Assembly (NCBI GenBank): GCA_947450865.1 | Contig: CANFWR010000001.1 | Span: forward strand, 1-48,573 | Reading direction: 5' to 3' | Origin: Cytophagaceae bacterium | GTDB lineage: Bacteria; Bacteroidota; Bacteroidia; Cytophagales; Spirosomataceae | Length of the DNA stretch: 48,573 nt | In this document: piece by piece, positions 20,743-30,707 of the stretch | Numbering within the stretch: position 1 is the stretch's first letter | How the letters are laid out: each line of letters opens with the position of its first letter | Position numbers and translations under genes: made by a program | Notes under the pieces: generated by a model | What the model was told of the DNA's origin: nothing | Seen by the model: only the letters and a program-made list of their open reading frames with translations | Database searches by the model: none

Positions 20743-21561
20743 TTATCGCTTTCCACCACGGCCACGGTTCGCACCGCCAGCACCTGGTTTGTTACGGTCT
20801 CCACCTTGATCTGCTCCTTCTGGACGACGGCCACGACCACGGTCATCACCACGTCCACGAGGTCCACGATCACCACCGCGAGAATCCGCTGCAGTTGATT
20901 GTAATCCCATGTTTGCATTAGGAGATAAATCTGGCTTACCAAAAACTTCACCGCGGAATACCCATACCTTAATACCGATCTTTCCGTATACAGTTAAAGC
21001 TTCAGAGATAGCGTAATCAACATCCGCACGAAGTGTGTGAAGAGGAATACGTCCTTCTTTGTATCCTTCAGAACGTGCCATTTCAGCACCACCTAAACGA
21101 CCTGATAATTTTAATTTAATTCCTTGTGCACCTACACGCATCGCTGACGCGATAGCTTGCTTCATAGCACGACGGAATGAAATACGAGCTTGTAATTGTT
21201 GAGCGATAGCTTCACCGATTAATTTCGCATCGATTTCTGGACGCTTAATCTCAAAGATGTTGATTTGAACATCTTTACCTGTGATTTTCTTTAACTCTTC
21301 TTTTACTTTATCTACCTCAGCACCTTGCTTTCCGATAACCACACCAGCACGAGCTGTGTTGATTGTCAAAGTGATGCGCTTTAAGGTACGCTCAATAATA
21401 ACTTTTGAGATAGATCCTTTTGGAATACGAGCGGCTACATACTTTCTGATTTTCTCGTCTTCGACAAGCTTATCAGCGAAAGTTTTACCTCCGTACCAAT
21501 TAGAATCCCAACCTCTCACGATACCTAATCTTAATCCAATAGGGTTAATTTTTTGTCCCAT
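20743..21561 (-). CDS. rpsC: 30S ribosomal protein S3 with RGG-rich tail
   Basis: [24 protein letters not shown]. Confidence 0.99.
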   Translation of the reverse strand: MGQKINPIGLRLGIVRGWDSNWYGGKTFADKLVEDEKIRKYVAARIPKGSISKVIIERTLKRITLTINTARAGVVIGKQGAEVDKVKEELKKITGKDVQINIFEIKRPEIDAKLIGEAIAQQLQARISFRRAMKQAIASAMRVGAQGIKLKLSGRLGGAEMARSEGYKEGRIPLHTLRADVDYAISEALTVYGKIGIKVWVFRGEVFGKPDLSPNANMGLQSTAADSRGGDRGPRGRGDDRGRGRRPEGADQGGDRNKPGAGGANRGRGGKR

Positions 21562-21584
21562 TTCTTGTTTTATCTAATAGTCTA

Positions 21585-21959
21585 TTATTCTGCTGAACTG
21601 GTTACTAAAGCAGGAGCTTCTGAAGAAGCCACTACAATAGTGATGTGATTTGAACGCTTCAAGATGCGGTGACCTCTTCCTTGCGGAGCAGGACGTAAAC
21701 GCTTGATCGAAGCACCTCCGTCTACGAAAATCGTCTTGATAAACAAGTCAGCTTCCTCAATTTTAGCATCTACATGCTTGTTTTGCCAGTTAGAAACCGC
21801 AGAGAGTAATAATTTCTCTATCGATTTAGCACCAACTTTGGGCTCAAATTTTAAGATACCCAACGCTTTGGATACTTTCTGTCCACGTACCATGTCTGCG
21901 ACAATACGCATCTTCTGCGGCGACGTAGGAACATTTCTTAATTTAGCAATTGCTTCCAT
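21585..21959 (-). CDS. rplV: 50S ribosomal protein L22
   Basis: RLRPAPQGRG, KRSNHITI; ATG at 21959. Confidence 0.99.
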   Translation of the reverse strand: MEAIAKLRNVPTSPQKMRIVADMVRGQKVSKALGILKFEPKVGAKSIEKLLLSAVSNWQNKHVDAKIEEADLFIKTIFVDGGASIKRLRPAPQGRGHRILKRSNHITIVVASSEAPALVTSSAE

Positions 21960-21994
21960 TTTCAATATTGATTAAGACCCGAGAGTCTATCTAT

Positions 21995-22273
21995 TTACCT
22001 TTTACCTTTGTCTTTTTTCGCCACGTGACCACGGAAGTTACGTGTTGGAGAGAACTCACCTAATTTGTGACCTACCATATTTTCAGTTGCAAAAACAGGG
22101 ATAAATTTATTCCCGTTATGTACTGCGAATGTGTGACCTACGAAATCTGGAGAGATCATTGAACGTCTAGACCATGTTTTAATCACGGATTTCTTTCCGG
22201 ATTCGTTCATAGCCTGAACCTTGTTATCAAGGCGGTAATCAATGTAAGGACCTTTTTTTAGTGAACGTGCCAT
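21995..22273 (-). CDS. rpsS: 30S ribosomal protein S19
   Basis: [21 protein letters not shown]. Confidence 0.99.
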   Translation of the reverse strand: MARSLKKGPYIDYRLDNKVQAMNESGKKSVIKTWSRRSMISPDFVGHTFAVHNGNKFIPVFATENMVGHKLGEFSPTRNFRGHVAKKDKGKR

Positions 22274-22277
22274 CTAA

Positions 22278-23105
22278 CTATTTTTTTCTTCTACTGATGA
22301 TAAGACGATTAGTGTTTTTCTTTGGACTACGAGTTTTCTTACCCTTAGCCAATAAACCGTTACGAGAACGTGGGTGACCTCCTGAAGAGCGACCCTCACC
22401 ACCACCCATAGGGTGATCAACTGGGTTCATTACAACACCACGAACACGTGGACGACGACCTAACCAACGGTGACGTCCTGCTTTACCTAAGTTCACGTTC
22501 ATGTGATCCGAGTTAGATACTGTACCGATTGTCGCTAGACAACGAGCAAGTACCATACGCATCTCACCTGAAGGCAATTTCAAGGTTGCATATTTTCCAT
22601 CACGTGCTAACAATTGAGCGTACGTACCAGCAGAACGAGCCATTTCAGCTCCTTTACCAGGTTGTAATTCGATTGCGTGCACTAATGTACCTAATGGGAT
22701 GTTTGCCAAAGGCAATGCATTTCCCACCTCTGGAGCTACTTTCTCTCCTGAGATAACTGTTTGACCCACCTGGATACCAGCTGGTGCCAAAATATAAGAT
22801 TTCTGACCGTCCGAATACTCAATAAGAGCGATACGAGAAGTACGGTTAGGATCGTATTCTACTGTTAATACCGTTGCTGGAACGTCAAATTTCAAACGAG
22901 CGAAATCAATCACACGGTAACGACGCTTGTGACCACCACCGATGTAACGCATCGAGCGACGACCATCAGCATTTCTACCACCCGTTCTTTTGATCGGTTC
23001 TAGTAAAGGCTTGTACGGTTTGTCCGTAGTAATCTCCTCGAACGTGGGCGCGATGCGGTGACGTTGTCCTGGAGTTGTTGGTTTAATTTTTTTAATTGCT
23101 GCCAT
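22278..23105 (-). CDS. rplB: 50S ribosomal protein L2
   Basis: [19 protein letters not shown]. Confidence 0.99.
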   Translation of the reverse strand: MAAIKKIKPTTPGQRHRIAPTFEEITTDKPYKPLLEPIKRTGGRNADGRRSMRYIGGGHKRRYRVIDFARLKFDVPATVLTVEYDPNRTSRIALIEYSDGQKSYILAPAGIQVGQTVISGEKVAPEVGNALPLANIPLGTLVHAIELQPGKGAEMARSAGTYAQLLARDGKYATLKLPSGEMRMVLARCLATIGTVSNSDHMNVNLGKAGRHRWLGRRPRVRGVVMNPVDHPMGGGEGRSSGGHPRSRNGLLAKGKKTRSPKKNTNRLIISRRKK

Positions 23106-23150
23106 TTAATTAGTTCAATTTATCGGGATGAACCCCCTTAGTTTTTTTAA

Positions 23151-23438
23151 TTAGATTCCTTGGTAGAAGTCAATTACTTCACCTGGAGCTACTGTTACAA
23201 TTGCTTTCTTGATCGTAGAAGTACGTCCAGAAGTGACCTTAGTACGTGTAGACTTGGATTTTACTTTTCCAATCTGACGCATTGTTCTCACATCTTGAAC
23301 ATCAACACCGTACATCTTCTTCACCTCTTTGGCAATCTCAATCTTATTTGCTGTCAACTCAACAACAAACGTGTATTGGCCTTTCTCTTGCATGGCTTGC
23401 GACTTTTCAGTCAAGGCCGGACGTTTAATAATGCCCAT
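23151..23438 (-). CDS. rplW: 50S ribosomal protein L23
   Basis: TEKS, ANKIEI, KKAIVT. Confidence 0.98.
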   Translation of the reverse strand: MGIIKRPALTEKSQAMQEKGQYTFVVELTANKIEIAKEVKKMYGVDVQDVRTMRQIGKVKSKSTRTKVTSGRTSTIKKAIVTVAPGEVIDFYQGI

Positions 23439-23474
23439 TTTTATTTTCGTTTATAACAGAAAATCTTCTGTCAA

Positions 23475-24104
23475 TTAGTTACTGAATGATGACTCAATTT
23501 TTTCAATCGCTGCAGTCGTGATTAACAACTTACCTGCGTTCACTAAATCGTATGTGTTCACATCTCCTGCGGTTGTTACCTTAGTCTTAGGAACGTTACG
23601 ACCAGATAATACGACATTCTTGTCTACATCTTGTGTGATCAATAATGTCTTTGTGTTATCTAATTGAAGCGCTTTTAACATCGCTAAATACGCCTTAGTT
23701 TGTGGTGTTGCGAAAGAAACTGAATCCAAGATCGCGATATCTCCACTTTGAGCCTTAGCAGCTAAAGCTGATTGGCGAGCCAAAGCTTTCACTTTCTTGT
23801 TCAATTTGAAGTGGTAATCACGTGGGCGAGGTCCGAAGATACGTCCACCACCTTTCATCAAAGGAGATTTCATTGAACCTGCACGTGCACCACCCGTACC
23901 TTTTTGTTTCTTAATCTTGCGAGTCGAGCGAGAAACTTCTGCACGCTCTTTCGCTTTGTGAGTTCCTTGACGTTGGTTAGCTAAATATTGCTTCACATCT
24001 AAGTAAACCACATGCTCGTTAGGAACGATACCAAAGATTTCGTCAGAAAGAGTAATTTTCTTTCCGGTATCTTTTCCTGCTATGTTATATACTGATAATT
24101 CCAT
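23475..24104 (-). CDS. rplD: 50S ribosomal protein L4
   Basis: RQGTHKAK, QKGTGGARAG, GGGRIFGP. Confidence 0.99.
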   Translation of the reverse strand: MELSVYNIAGKDTGKKITLSDEIFGIVPNEHVVYLDVKQYLANQRQGTHKAKERAEVSRSTRKIKKQKGTGGARAGSMKSPLMKGGGRIFGPRPRDYHFKLNKKVKALARQSALAAKAQSGDIAILDSVSFATPQTKAYLAMLKALQLDNTKTLLITQDVDKNVVLSGRNVPKTKVTTAGDVNTYDLVNAGKLLITTAAIEKIESSFSN

Positions 24105-24141
24105 GTTTCAGAATGTCTATTGTTTAGGCTAGGCCCAATTT

Positions 24142-24759
24142 TTAATTTTCAATGATTACGTATGAGTTCTTAGCTCCAGGTACTGATCCAGAAACTACTA
24201 ATAAGTTTTTCTCTGGATAGATTCTCAAAACTTGAAGGTTTTGAACCTTTACACGATTACCACCTGTACGACCCGCCATGCGTAAGCCTTTGAATACACG
24301 AGATGGGAATGAACACGCACCAATTGAACCTGGGTGACGACCGCGGTTATGCTGACCGTGAGTTTGACCACCCACACCGGCAAATCCGTGACGTTTAACA
24401 ACACCCTGGAAACCTTTACCTTTAGAAGTACCCACTACGTCAACGTAAGTGTCTAGCTCTAACATCTCAACAGTTAAAACATCCCCTAATGCAAGAGGCT
24501 GCTCAAACGTGCGAAATTCTACCAACTTTTTCTTAGGAGTAGTATTTGCTTTCTTGAAGTGACCCAACAAAGATTTTGTTGTGTGCTTTTCTTTTTTCTC
24601 ACCGTAGCCGATTTGAACAGCGTTATAGCCTTCTTTCTCTACAGTTTTCACTTGTGTAACCACACAAGGACCGGCTTCAATTAGCGTACATGGAACAGCT
24701 TTACCGTCTTCCATGTATAGGCTAGTCATACCGACTTTTTTACCAATAATTCCTGACAT
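24142..24759 (-). CDS. rplC: 50S ribosomal protein L3
   Basis: [26 protein letters not shown]. Confidence 0.99.
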   Translation of the reverse strand: MSGIIGKKVGMTSLYMEDGKAVPCTLIEAGPCVVTQVKTVEKEGYNAVQIGYGEKKEKHTTKSLLGHFKKANTTPKKKLVEFRTFEQPLALGDVLTVEMLELDTYVDVVGTSKGKGFQGVVKRHGFAGVGGQTHGQHNRGRHPGSIGACSFPSRVFKGLRMAGRTGGNRVKVQNLQVLRIYPEKNLLVVSGSVPGAKNSYVIIEN

Positions 24760-25125
24760 AATATGTTAATATTTAAAATATAAATATGCTTACAAGGCTA
24801 ACGTGGCTTGTTGTAAGACTTTTATTCAAAATCATCGTTCAACTGAACGTGATATAGGAATCTAAACAATAAAAAAAGCAGAATTGGTATAAGGCGACAA
24901 GATGGACCCACTGTGGATAACAGTGAAAAAACACCTTGTGTAGCTTAATATTTAATTAATGGGCTGGGCATTCAACGGTCATCAATCAATACCAGTTCTA
25001 ACACAAAAATCAAGCTTTCCTCGATTTAAGACCTGTTTGACATGCATTTTATGTGTTTTAAATAAATTCGGGAAGTTCTGCCAACCTCTCTCTGAATAAA
25101 AAACTGCGTTTGTCGAACGGGAGTG

Positions 25126-25156
25126 CAAAGGTAGGAAAAAAAATAATACAAACAAG
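25126..25156 (-). promoter_or_regulatory. Probable promoter of the rplC operon
   Basis: Minus strand TACCTTTG (-7 box, 25133-25126) with TTG elements at 25149-25156; implies about 360 nt leader. Confidence 0.65.
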
Positions 25157-25197
25157 AGGGTGGGTAAAAATATTTTGAGAATCAAGAGATTAGTAGT

Positions 25198-25327
25198 CAG
25201 TGGACAGTCGGCAGTGGACAGGGAATGGTAAATGGTGAATGATCCTCAGGACTCCTTTAGAGTAGAGATGATAGAGTAGAGAGTATAGATGGTAAATGGT
25301 GAGTGGTAAATGGTAAATGGTGGATGA
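25198..25327 (+). repeat. Degenerate 7-bp tandem repeats
   Basis: CAGTGGA/CAGTCGG x3, AATGGTR-type x3, then 10 in-register heptamers TAGAGTA..TAAATGG (25258-25327). Confidence 0.85.
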
Positions 25328-25407
25328 TCCCTTCGGACTAAGACGAAGTCGACTAAGTCACACAGTGACGACTAAATCGCACAGCGATGACTAAAACACA
25401 CAGCGTT
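25328..25407 (+). repeat. GACTAA-linker / mini-hairpin array 1
   Basis: GACTAA-GACgaaGTC-GACTAA-GTCACacaGTGAC-GACTAA-ATCGCacaGCGAT-GACTAA-AACACacaGCGTT. Confidence 0.9.
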
Positions 25408-25429
25408 TTTAACCACATTTATGCTCTCC

Positions 25430-27862
25430 TTAATCCTCTACTTCCTCCGTTGTAGCTAAAATTGCCGCTCTTCTCGGCGCAGGCATTACTGAATTCTCCC
25501 CTTTTACAGCTTTCCAAATCACTTCGCTGAATTCTAAATCTGGAATCGAATCCTCTTTTTTGAAATTAAATTTCGCGCTTTTTTGAGCACTTGGTGTGTC
25601 TTTCACGTTTAGTTCAAACAAATTAGTGCGTGGTAATTCGTGGATAAACGGAGTCAAGTTAGGTGTTGCACTAAAGCTACGGAACATCGGAGTGGCCGCT
25701 GCATCGTATTGGCTCATTGGAGGCAAGCCAAGGATTAATTCAATCGTACGCAACATTGACGAAGTAGAGTAAGGCGTATGATCTATAAATCCACGCTTCA
25801 CAAATCCTCCCGCTAAATAAGCTGTTGTACGATGGGCATCAACATGGTCGGGGCCGTTTTGGGCATCATCTTCTACAATGAAAACGGCTGTTTCCTTCCA
25901 AATAGGGGACTTCGACAAATGCTCCACAAACAAGCCAATCGCGTAATCATTATCCGCTACATACGCGAAAGGGGTCTTTTTGCCCAGGCGTTGACCTTCT
26001 GTATGGTCGTTTGGAAATTGCATCGAATTAAAATGAGGGACCTGACCTAAAGCGAGCAAACGATCAAAGTCTCTTTTCCAAGCCTGAAAACGAGTCGTGT
26101 CCATCACATCTTGGTTAAATGACGAATAGTCTGGACAAAAGTGATCTTTAAGGGCAGGGATATTGGGTTTGAAACCGGTGGCAAATTCTCCGTAAGTACG
26201 GTAAGAAACGCCTGCGCGCTTGCAATAATCCCAGATAAATCCATTCTTCGGATTCGCTATCGCGCGGTTTCCTTCCCCGTCGTATTTACCACCACGTCCA
26301 CCATAGGAAGTAGGCCAGGTTTTCTCTAAATAATCGGTGGCGTGTGCTGATGTCGACCAGTTGTGACCATCCGAACTCACTTCGCCATCCACGTAGAAAT
26401 TATCTAACAAGACGAAATCTTTCACTAGCTTGTGCTGATTAGGCGTATATTTTTCGCCAAATAACAATAAAGTCGTATCTCCATTGCCTCCCACCACATC
26501 AGATAATACCTGATCGTAGGTACGGTTTTCTTTTAATATATAGTACACGTATTTTATCGGTGAAGCGTCCCCCACTTTCATTGGGATCGGATTTCCTATT
26601 TCCCCAGCGGCATTCATCTCGATATCCTTGTTATAGGGAGTATTTAAGTAGACGGCCTCTGAAAGCACGGCTAATTCTTTTACTGTAGGTTCCTTGAAGA
26701 TGGACATGGTCCCTTTCATTAAACCACCGATATATTCACTTGGTGCGTTCGCGGTATTATCCGATTTCTGGTAGGTAACCGTTTGTTTTTTGGCAATCGG
26801 ATTAGGTCCTTTCGGATTCGCGAAAGAAGAGAATCCTTTTCCATTCGCCACATATAATTTTCCTTTGACTATTTTCAACGACGTGGGATACCAGCCTACT
26901 GGAATGAAACCTAACGACTTCGATTGACCCGGTTTTTCTACTTCGAATACCGCTAAGCAATTGTTATCTGCATTCGATACGTATAATCTTTCTTCATCAG
27001 CGGATAAGGCCAAACCGTTTGTCGAACTGCCTTCCAAAGCATTAGGCACAAGTGCCGCATATAATACTTCAATCTCTTTACCAGCACGCGTATCCACGAC
27101 TGAAACAGAATTGTCATTAGCATTTGCTACAAATAATACGTTGCCATTTTTCGTTAGCACCATCTCGTTCGGGTGATCCCCCACGGCGATAGCCTTTAAA
27201 AAAGTCTTGGTTTTAATTTGAAACGGAAGAATCTGACGCGCTCCCCAAACCGAGATATAAAGCAATTCCTTCTTCTTGTCCAATAAGCACGTAAAGGCCT
27301 CCCCTGAAAGTTTGTGAATGGAAAGCACCGCTTTTTTAGCTGCATCAACCACATACAAGGAATTATTATCCTTAGTAACCACATATAAGATGCCAGATGC
27401 ATCATCGAACTCAATTCCTGTAGGAGAAATAATGGCCTTAGGATCAGTCGTTAAAGCAATTTTTTCTTGCTCCACTAGTTTTCCAGCTTCGATATGGAAA
27501 ACCAGAACGCAATTATCATTGCCTCCGGAAACAAATACAGTTTTATTATCGCCTGCTACTTTTAAGCCATACCATGATTTAGGTAGCTTTTGTGAATCTA
27601 GGACCTGGTTAGTGGCAGCATCGATTAGTTGCAAGCTTTGTACGCTTTGGCCATTATTCGTCACTAAAAGGTAACGCTGATCCGGCGAAACCACCACATT
27701 TAAGGGCAAATCTCCCAAAGCAACAGACGAGCCGTGCGGAGATAATTTCCAACCATTTGGAAGAGTCACTCGCTTCTGATTTAATTGTGACTTTAAATCC
27801 GATTGAGCCACAGACCCAAAAGTTAAGCCTAGGAAAAGAAGTGATAAGACGGTTGATTTCAT
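25430..27862 (-). CDS. Secreted YncE/YVTN beta-propeller plus phosphoesterase (AcpA/PLC-type) protein
   Basis: Signal peptide; YVTN-like repeats (VGDHPNEM, VANANDNSVSVVD, IPVGWYP); KENRTYDQV, EDDAQNGPDHVDAHR. Confidence 0.88.
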   Translation of the reverse strand: MKSTVLSLLFLGLTFGSVAQSDLKSQLNQKRVTLPNGWKLSPHGSSVALGDLPLNVVVSPDQRYLLVTNNGQSVQSLQLIDAATNQVLDSQKLPKSWYGLKVAGDNKTVFVSGGNDNCVLVFHIEAGKLVEQEKIALTTDPKAIISPTGIEFDDASGILYVVTKDNNSLYVVDAAKKAVLSIHKLSGEAFTCLLDKKKELLYISVWGARQILPFQIKTKTFLKAIAVGDHPNEMVLTKNGNVLFVANANDNSVSVVDTRAGKEIEVLYAALVPNALEGSSTNGLALSADEERLYVSNADNNCLAVFEVEKPGQSKSLGFIPVGWYPTSLKIVKGKLYVANGKGFSSFANPKGPNPIAKKQTVTYQKSDNTANAPSEYIGGLMKGTMSIFKEPTVKELAVLSEAVYLNTPYNKDIEMNAAGEIGNPIPMKVGDASPIKYVYYILKENRTYDQVLSDVVGGNGDTTLLLFGEKYTPNQHKLVKDFVLLDNFYVDGEVSSDGHNWSTSAHATDYLEKTWPTSYGGRGGKYDGEGNRAIANPKNGFIWDYCKRAGVSYRTYGEFATGFKPNIPALKDHFCPDYSSFNQDVMDTTRFQAWKRDFDRLLALGQVPHFNSMQFPNDHTEGQRLGKKTPFAYVADNDYAIGLFVEHLSKSPIWKETAVFIVEDDAQNGPDHVDAHRTTAYLAGGFVKRGFIDHTPYSTSSMLRTIELILGLPPMSQYDAAATPMFRSFSATPNLTPFIHELPRTNLFELNVKDTPSAQKSAKFNFKKEDSIPDLEFSEVIWKAVKGENSVMPAPRRAAILATTEEVED

Positions 27863-27944
27863 AATTATTTATTTGAAGAATAAATATAAGGATGCGCGGT
27901 TGATTTTCTATCCGGATTAAAACAGATTTTACAATTTGATATTG

Positions 27945-29198
27945 TTACTTTTCAATGACAAACTGATCCCGAACCTGTCCATCCGCAGCCACCCATTTAG
28001 CGACAAACTTCGACTTAGACACATCAATAATCATTGATCCGCCTACCTCTGTGTTTACATACACCGCTGATTTTAATGGGAAACCAGGCATTCTTCCGCC
28101 TAATCTACTCCCTGAACCATTGACCACATATATCACTCCTTGGCCTTTTTTGCCCACTACATAATGATTAGGTGCTTTTTCCGTAGCCACCACCTGCGTA
28201 GCTGCATCGAAGGAATTATTTACACCAAAATGTCCGCGCAAAGGCAGGGTCCGCTCATATACGTGACTGTGTCCTGCTAACACCACGTCCACATTGTACT
28301 TCTCAAAAAGAGGATTCACTTTTTCACGCATATTTTTCATATCTGACTCAGTATCTGAATCGTGCGATCCTTTAGAATAGGGTGGCTTGTGAAAATAGAC
28401 GATTGTGAAGGGGAGGCGATTTGCGGCTAAGTCTTTGGCCAACCAATCATATTGATCTCCTTTCCCATCCATCACCTGATTCCCCGCTGCATCGCGCAAT
28501 TCCGTATCAATTGAAATCAAGTGCAAGGAGCCGTAATCCACTGAATAATAGGACTCTGAATGAGACGCAACACCGCCAGCTTCCCCTTCTGTGGGTAATG
28601 AAAATATCTTGAAATAGGGTGGAACTGTGGGATCGTGTTTCCCTGCATAATCGTGATTTCCAGGGGATGGATATAAGGCCAAATTGGGAAAAAAGTCTGC
28701 CTGGTACACATCAAAGACGTATTTTTGGTATTCTTCATCCTTCCCATTATTATAGGCATTGTCTCCTAACCAAATCCAAGCATCGATCGGCTTATCTGCC
28801 GTATAATTCTTAATGGAAGAAATTACCGCATTTTGATTCGGTGTAACAAAGCCAAAATCCCCTAAAGCCCAAACCCGCACCGAATTAGGATCTCCGGCCT
28901 TTGGTTTGGTATGAAAAGTCCCCTGGTGATTCGAGGAGATTTTATACGTATAAGATTTATTAGGTGATAACCCTGACACTTTCAGCACATGATCAATCAC
29001 CCGATTCGTATCCGCAATCACGCGCGACTTCTTCTCCCCTTTTGTCTCCAAAGTCACTTGGCTAGTCTGAGGTGATGCCGTCCGCCATTGAATCAATACG
29101 GATTCAGACGTCATCGATTGTAAATAGGGGCCACGAACTATCGCATCGTTTTGGGAGAATGCGGCGAATGAAAGGAATAGGAGGAGGATTTTTTTCAT
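27945..29198 (-). CDS. Secreted purple acid phosphatase-family metallophosphoesterase
   Basis: Signal peptide, FN3-like N-domain (RGPYLQ), all five PAP motifs: GDFG, GDNAY, GNHD, YFH, GHSH. Confidence 0.9.
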   Translation of the reverse strand: MKKILLLFLSFAAFSQNDAIVRGPYLQSMTSESVLIQWRTASPQTSQVTLETKGEKKSRVIADTNRVIDHVLKVSGLSPNKSYTYKISSNHQGTFHTKPKAGDPNSVRVWALGDFGFVTPNQNAVISSIKNYTADKPIDAWIWLGDNAYNNGKDEEYQKYVFDVYQADFFPNLALYPSPGNHDYAGKHDPTVPPYFKIFSLPTEGEAGGVASHSESYYSVDYGSLHLISIDTELRDAAGNQVMDGKGDQYDWLAKDLAANRLPFTIVYFHKPPYSKGSHDSDTESDMKNMREKVNPLFEKYNVDVVLAGHSHVYERTLPLRGHFGVNNSFDAATQVVATEKAPNHYVVGKKGQGVIYVVNGSGSRLGGRMPGFPLKSAVYVNTEVGGSMIIDVSKSKFVAKWVAADGQVRDQFVIEK

Positions 29199-29209
29199 GG
29201 CGTTAAATT

Positions 29210-29244
29210 AATGGTAAATGATGAATGGTGAATGTTAAATGATT
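29210..29244 (+). repeat. 7-bp tandem repeats (AATGGTR type) x5
   Basis: AATGGTA AATGATG AATGGTG AATGTTA AATGATT. Confidence 0.85.
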
Positions 29245-29260
29245 AAAAAATCTTGAAAGT

Positions 29261-29478
29261 GTCGCTGCTACGCAGCTTAGTCGACTTCGTCTTAGTCATC
29301 GCTTCGCGATTTAGTCAAAGAGTCATCGTTACACGATTTAGTCGCCTGCGGCCTAGTCGACTTCGTCTTAGTCAATGGGTCGAGCGACTAAACGACATCG
29401 CTGCGAAGCAGTGCCGACTAAATCGCGAAGCGATGACTAAACGACGTAGTCGTGACTAAGTCACGAAGGGACGACTTT
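29261..29478. repeat. GACTAA-linker / mini-hairpin array 2 (two inverted halves)
   Basis: Six hairpins with TTAGTC linkers (29264-29373), then four with GACTAA linkers (29386-29478). Confidence 0.92.
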
Positions 29479-29579
29479 GGCGCTTTAACCCTCGAAAAAT
29501 CAATAATTGTTTGTATTTTTGGGCTTTAGTTGCTGAAAATCAGGCAGTTTTTATTTATTTCCCAAGAAAAAAAAGCATT

Positions 29580-30662
29580 ATGTCAAGTTTATCCAATCAA
29601 ACAGGAGTGTTGCACGGAGATGCGGTTCAAGAGTTATTTGAAATCGCTAAGAAAAATCAATTCGCTTTACCAGCGGTTAACGTAACAGGTACAGATACTG
29701 TGAATGCAGTATTAGAAGCAGCGAAAGCGGTGAATTCTCCGGTAATCATCCAATTCTCTAACGGTGGTGGTATTTTCTACGCTGGAAAGACGCTTTCTAA
29801 CGAGAATCAAGCTGCGGCAATCGCAGGTTCGATCTCAGGCGCTTACCACGTTCACCAAATGGCGAAAGCTTACGGTGTTCAAGTAGTTTTACACACTGAC
29901 CACTGCGCGAAAAAATTATTGCCTTGGATCGACGGTTTATTAGATGCTGGTGAGAAATTCTTCGCTGAGACAGGACAACCTTTGTTCTCTTCTCATATGA
30001 TTGATTTGTCTGAAGAGCCTTTGGAAGAAAACTTAGAAATCTGCGCTAAATATTTAGAGCGTATGTCTAAAATGGGCATGACCTTAGAAATCGAATTAGG
30101 TGTTACAGGTGGTGAAGAAGATGGCGTAGATAACTCTGACGTAGATTCATCTAAATTATATACACAACCGGAAGAGGTGGCTTATGCTTATGAAGTATTG
30201 TCCAAAATCTCTCACCGTTTCACGATCGCTGCGGCATTCGGTAACGTGCACGGAGTTTACAAGCCGGGTAACGTGAAGTTACAACCCGTGATTTTGAAGA
30301 ACTCACAAGAGTTTATCAAAGCGAAATACAATTTGACTCCTGAGAAACCAATCAACTTCGTATTCCACGGTGGTTCTGGTTCATCTCGCGAAGAAATCCG
30401 TGAGGCATTATCTTATGGTGCAATCAAAATGAATATCGATACAGATACGCAATGGGCATTCTGGGAAGGTATCTTAGGATTCTACAAAGCAAATGAAGCT
30501 TATTTACAAGGCCAAATCGGTAACCCAACAGGTGACGATTCTCCGAACAAGAAATACTATGACCCACGTGTTTGGTTACGTAAGGGCGAAGAGACTTTAG
30601 TAGCTCGTTTAAAAACAGCTTTCGAAGACTTGAACGCGACGAACGCGAATCAATATCTATAG
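29580..30662 (+). CDS. fbaA: Class II fructose-bisphosphate aldolase
   Basis: LHTDHC, SSHMIDLS, GNVHGVY, FHGGSG, PNKKYYDPR; ATG at 29580. Confidence 0.97.
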   Translation: MSSLSNQTGVLHGDAVQELFEIAKKNQFALPAVNVTGTDTVNAVLEAAKAVNSPVIIQFSNGGGIFYAGKTLSNENQAAAIAGSISGAYHVHQMAKAYGVQVVLHTDHCAKKLLPWIDGLLDAGEKFFAETGQPLFSSHMIDLSEEPLEENLEICAKYLERMSKMGMTLEIELGVTGGEEDGVDNSDVDSSKLYTQPEEVAYAYEVLSKISHRFTIAAAFGNVHGVYKPGNVKLQPVILKNSQEFIKAKYNLTPEKPINFVFHGGSGSSREEIREALSYGAIKMNIDTDTQWAFWEGILGFYKANEAYLQGQIGNPTGDDSPNKKYYDPRVWLRKGEETLVARLKTAFEDLNATNANQYL

Positions 30663-30707
30663 TCGATAGTCCGAAGGGAAAGAGTCCGGAGGGAAAAAAG
30701 ACTAAAT

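Noticed and set aside
24982-25185. 67-aa ORF upstream of rplC as a possible rpsJ
   Set aside because: No similarity to S10; it spans the predicted promoter and is probably spurious.
27863-29260. Pho-box-like repeats for the two left-hand phosphoesterases
   Set aside because: Only isolated TGTTA/GATTA matches (27915, 27943, 29233) with no 11-bp phasing to a clear -7 box; their membership of the regulon is unsupported.
29253-29459. 68-aa ORF
   Set aside because: It is the translation of hairpin array 2, with a TTG start and no protein-like features.
29261-29478. CRISPR array interpretation of the GACTAA arrays
   Set aside because: The constant part is only 6 nt, the variable parts are short self-complementary units that recur, and no cas genes are present.
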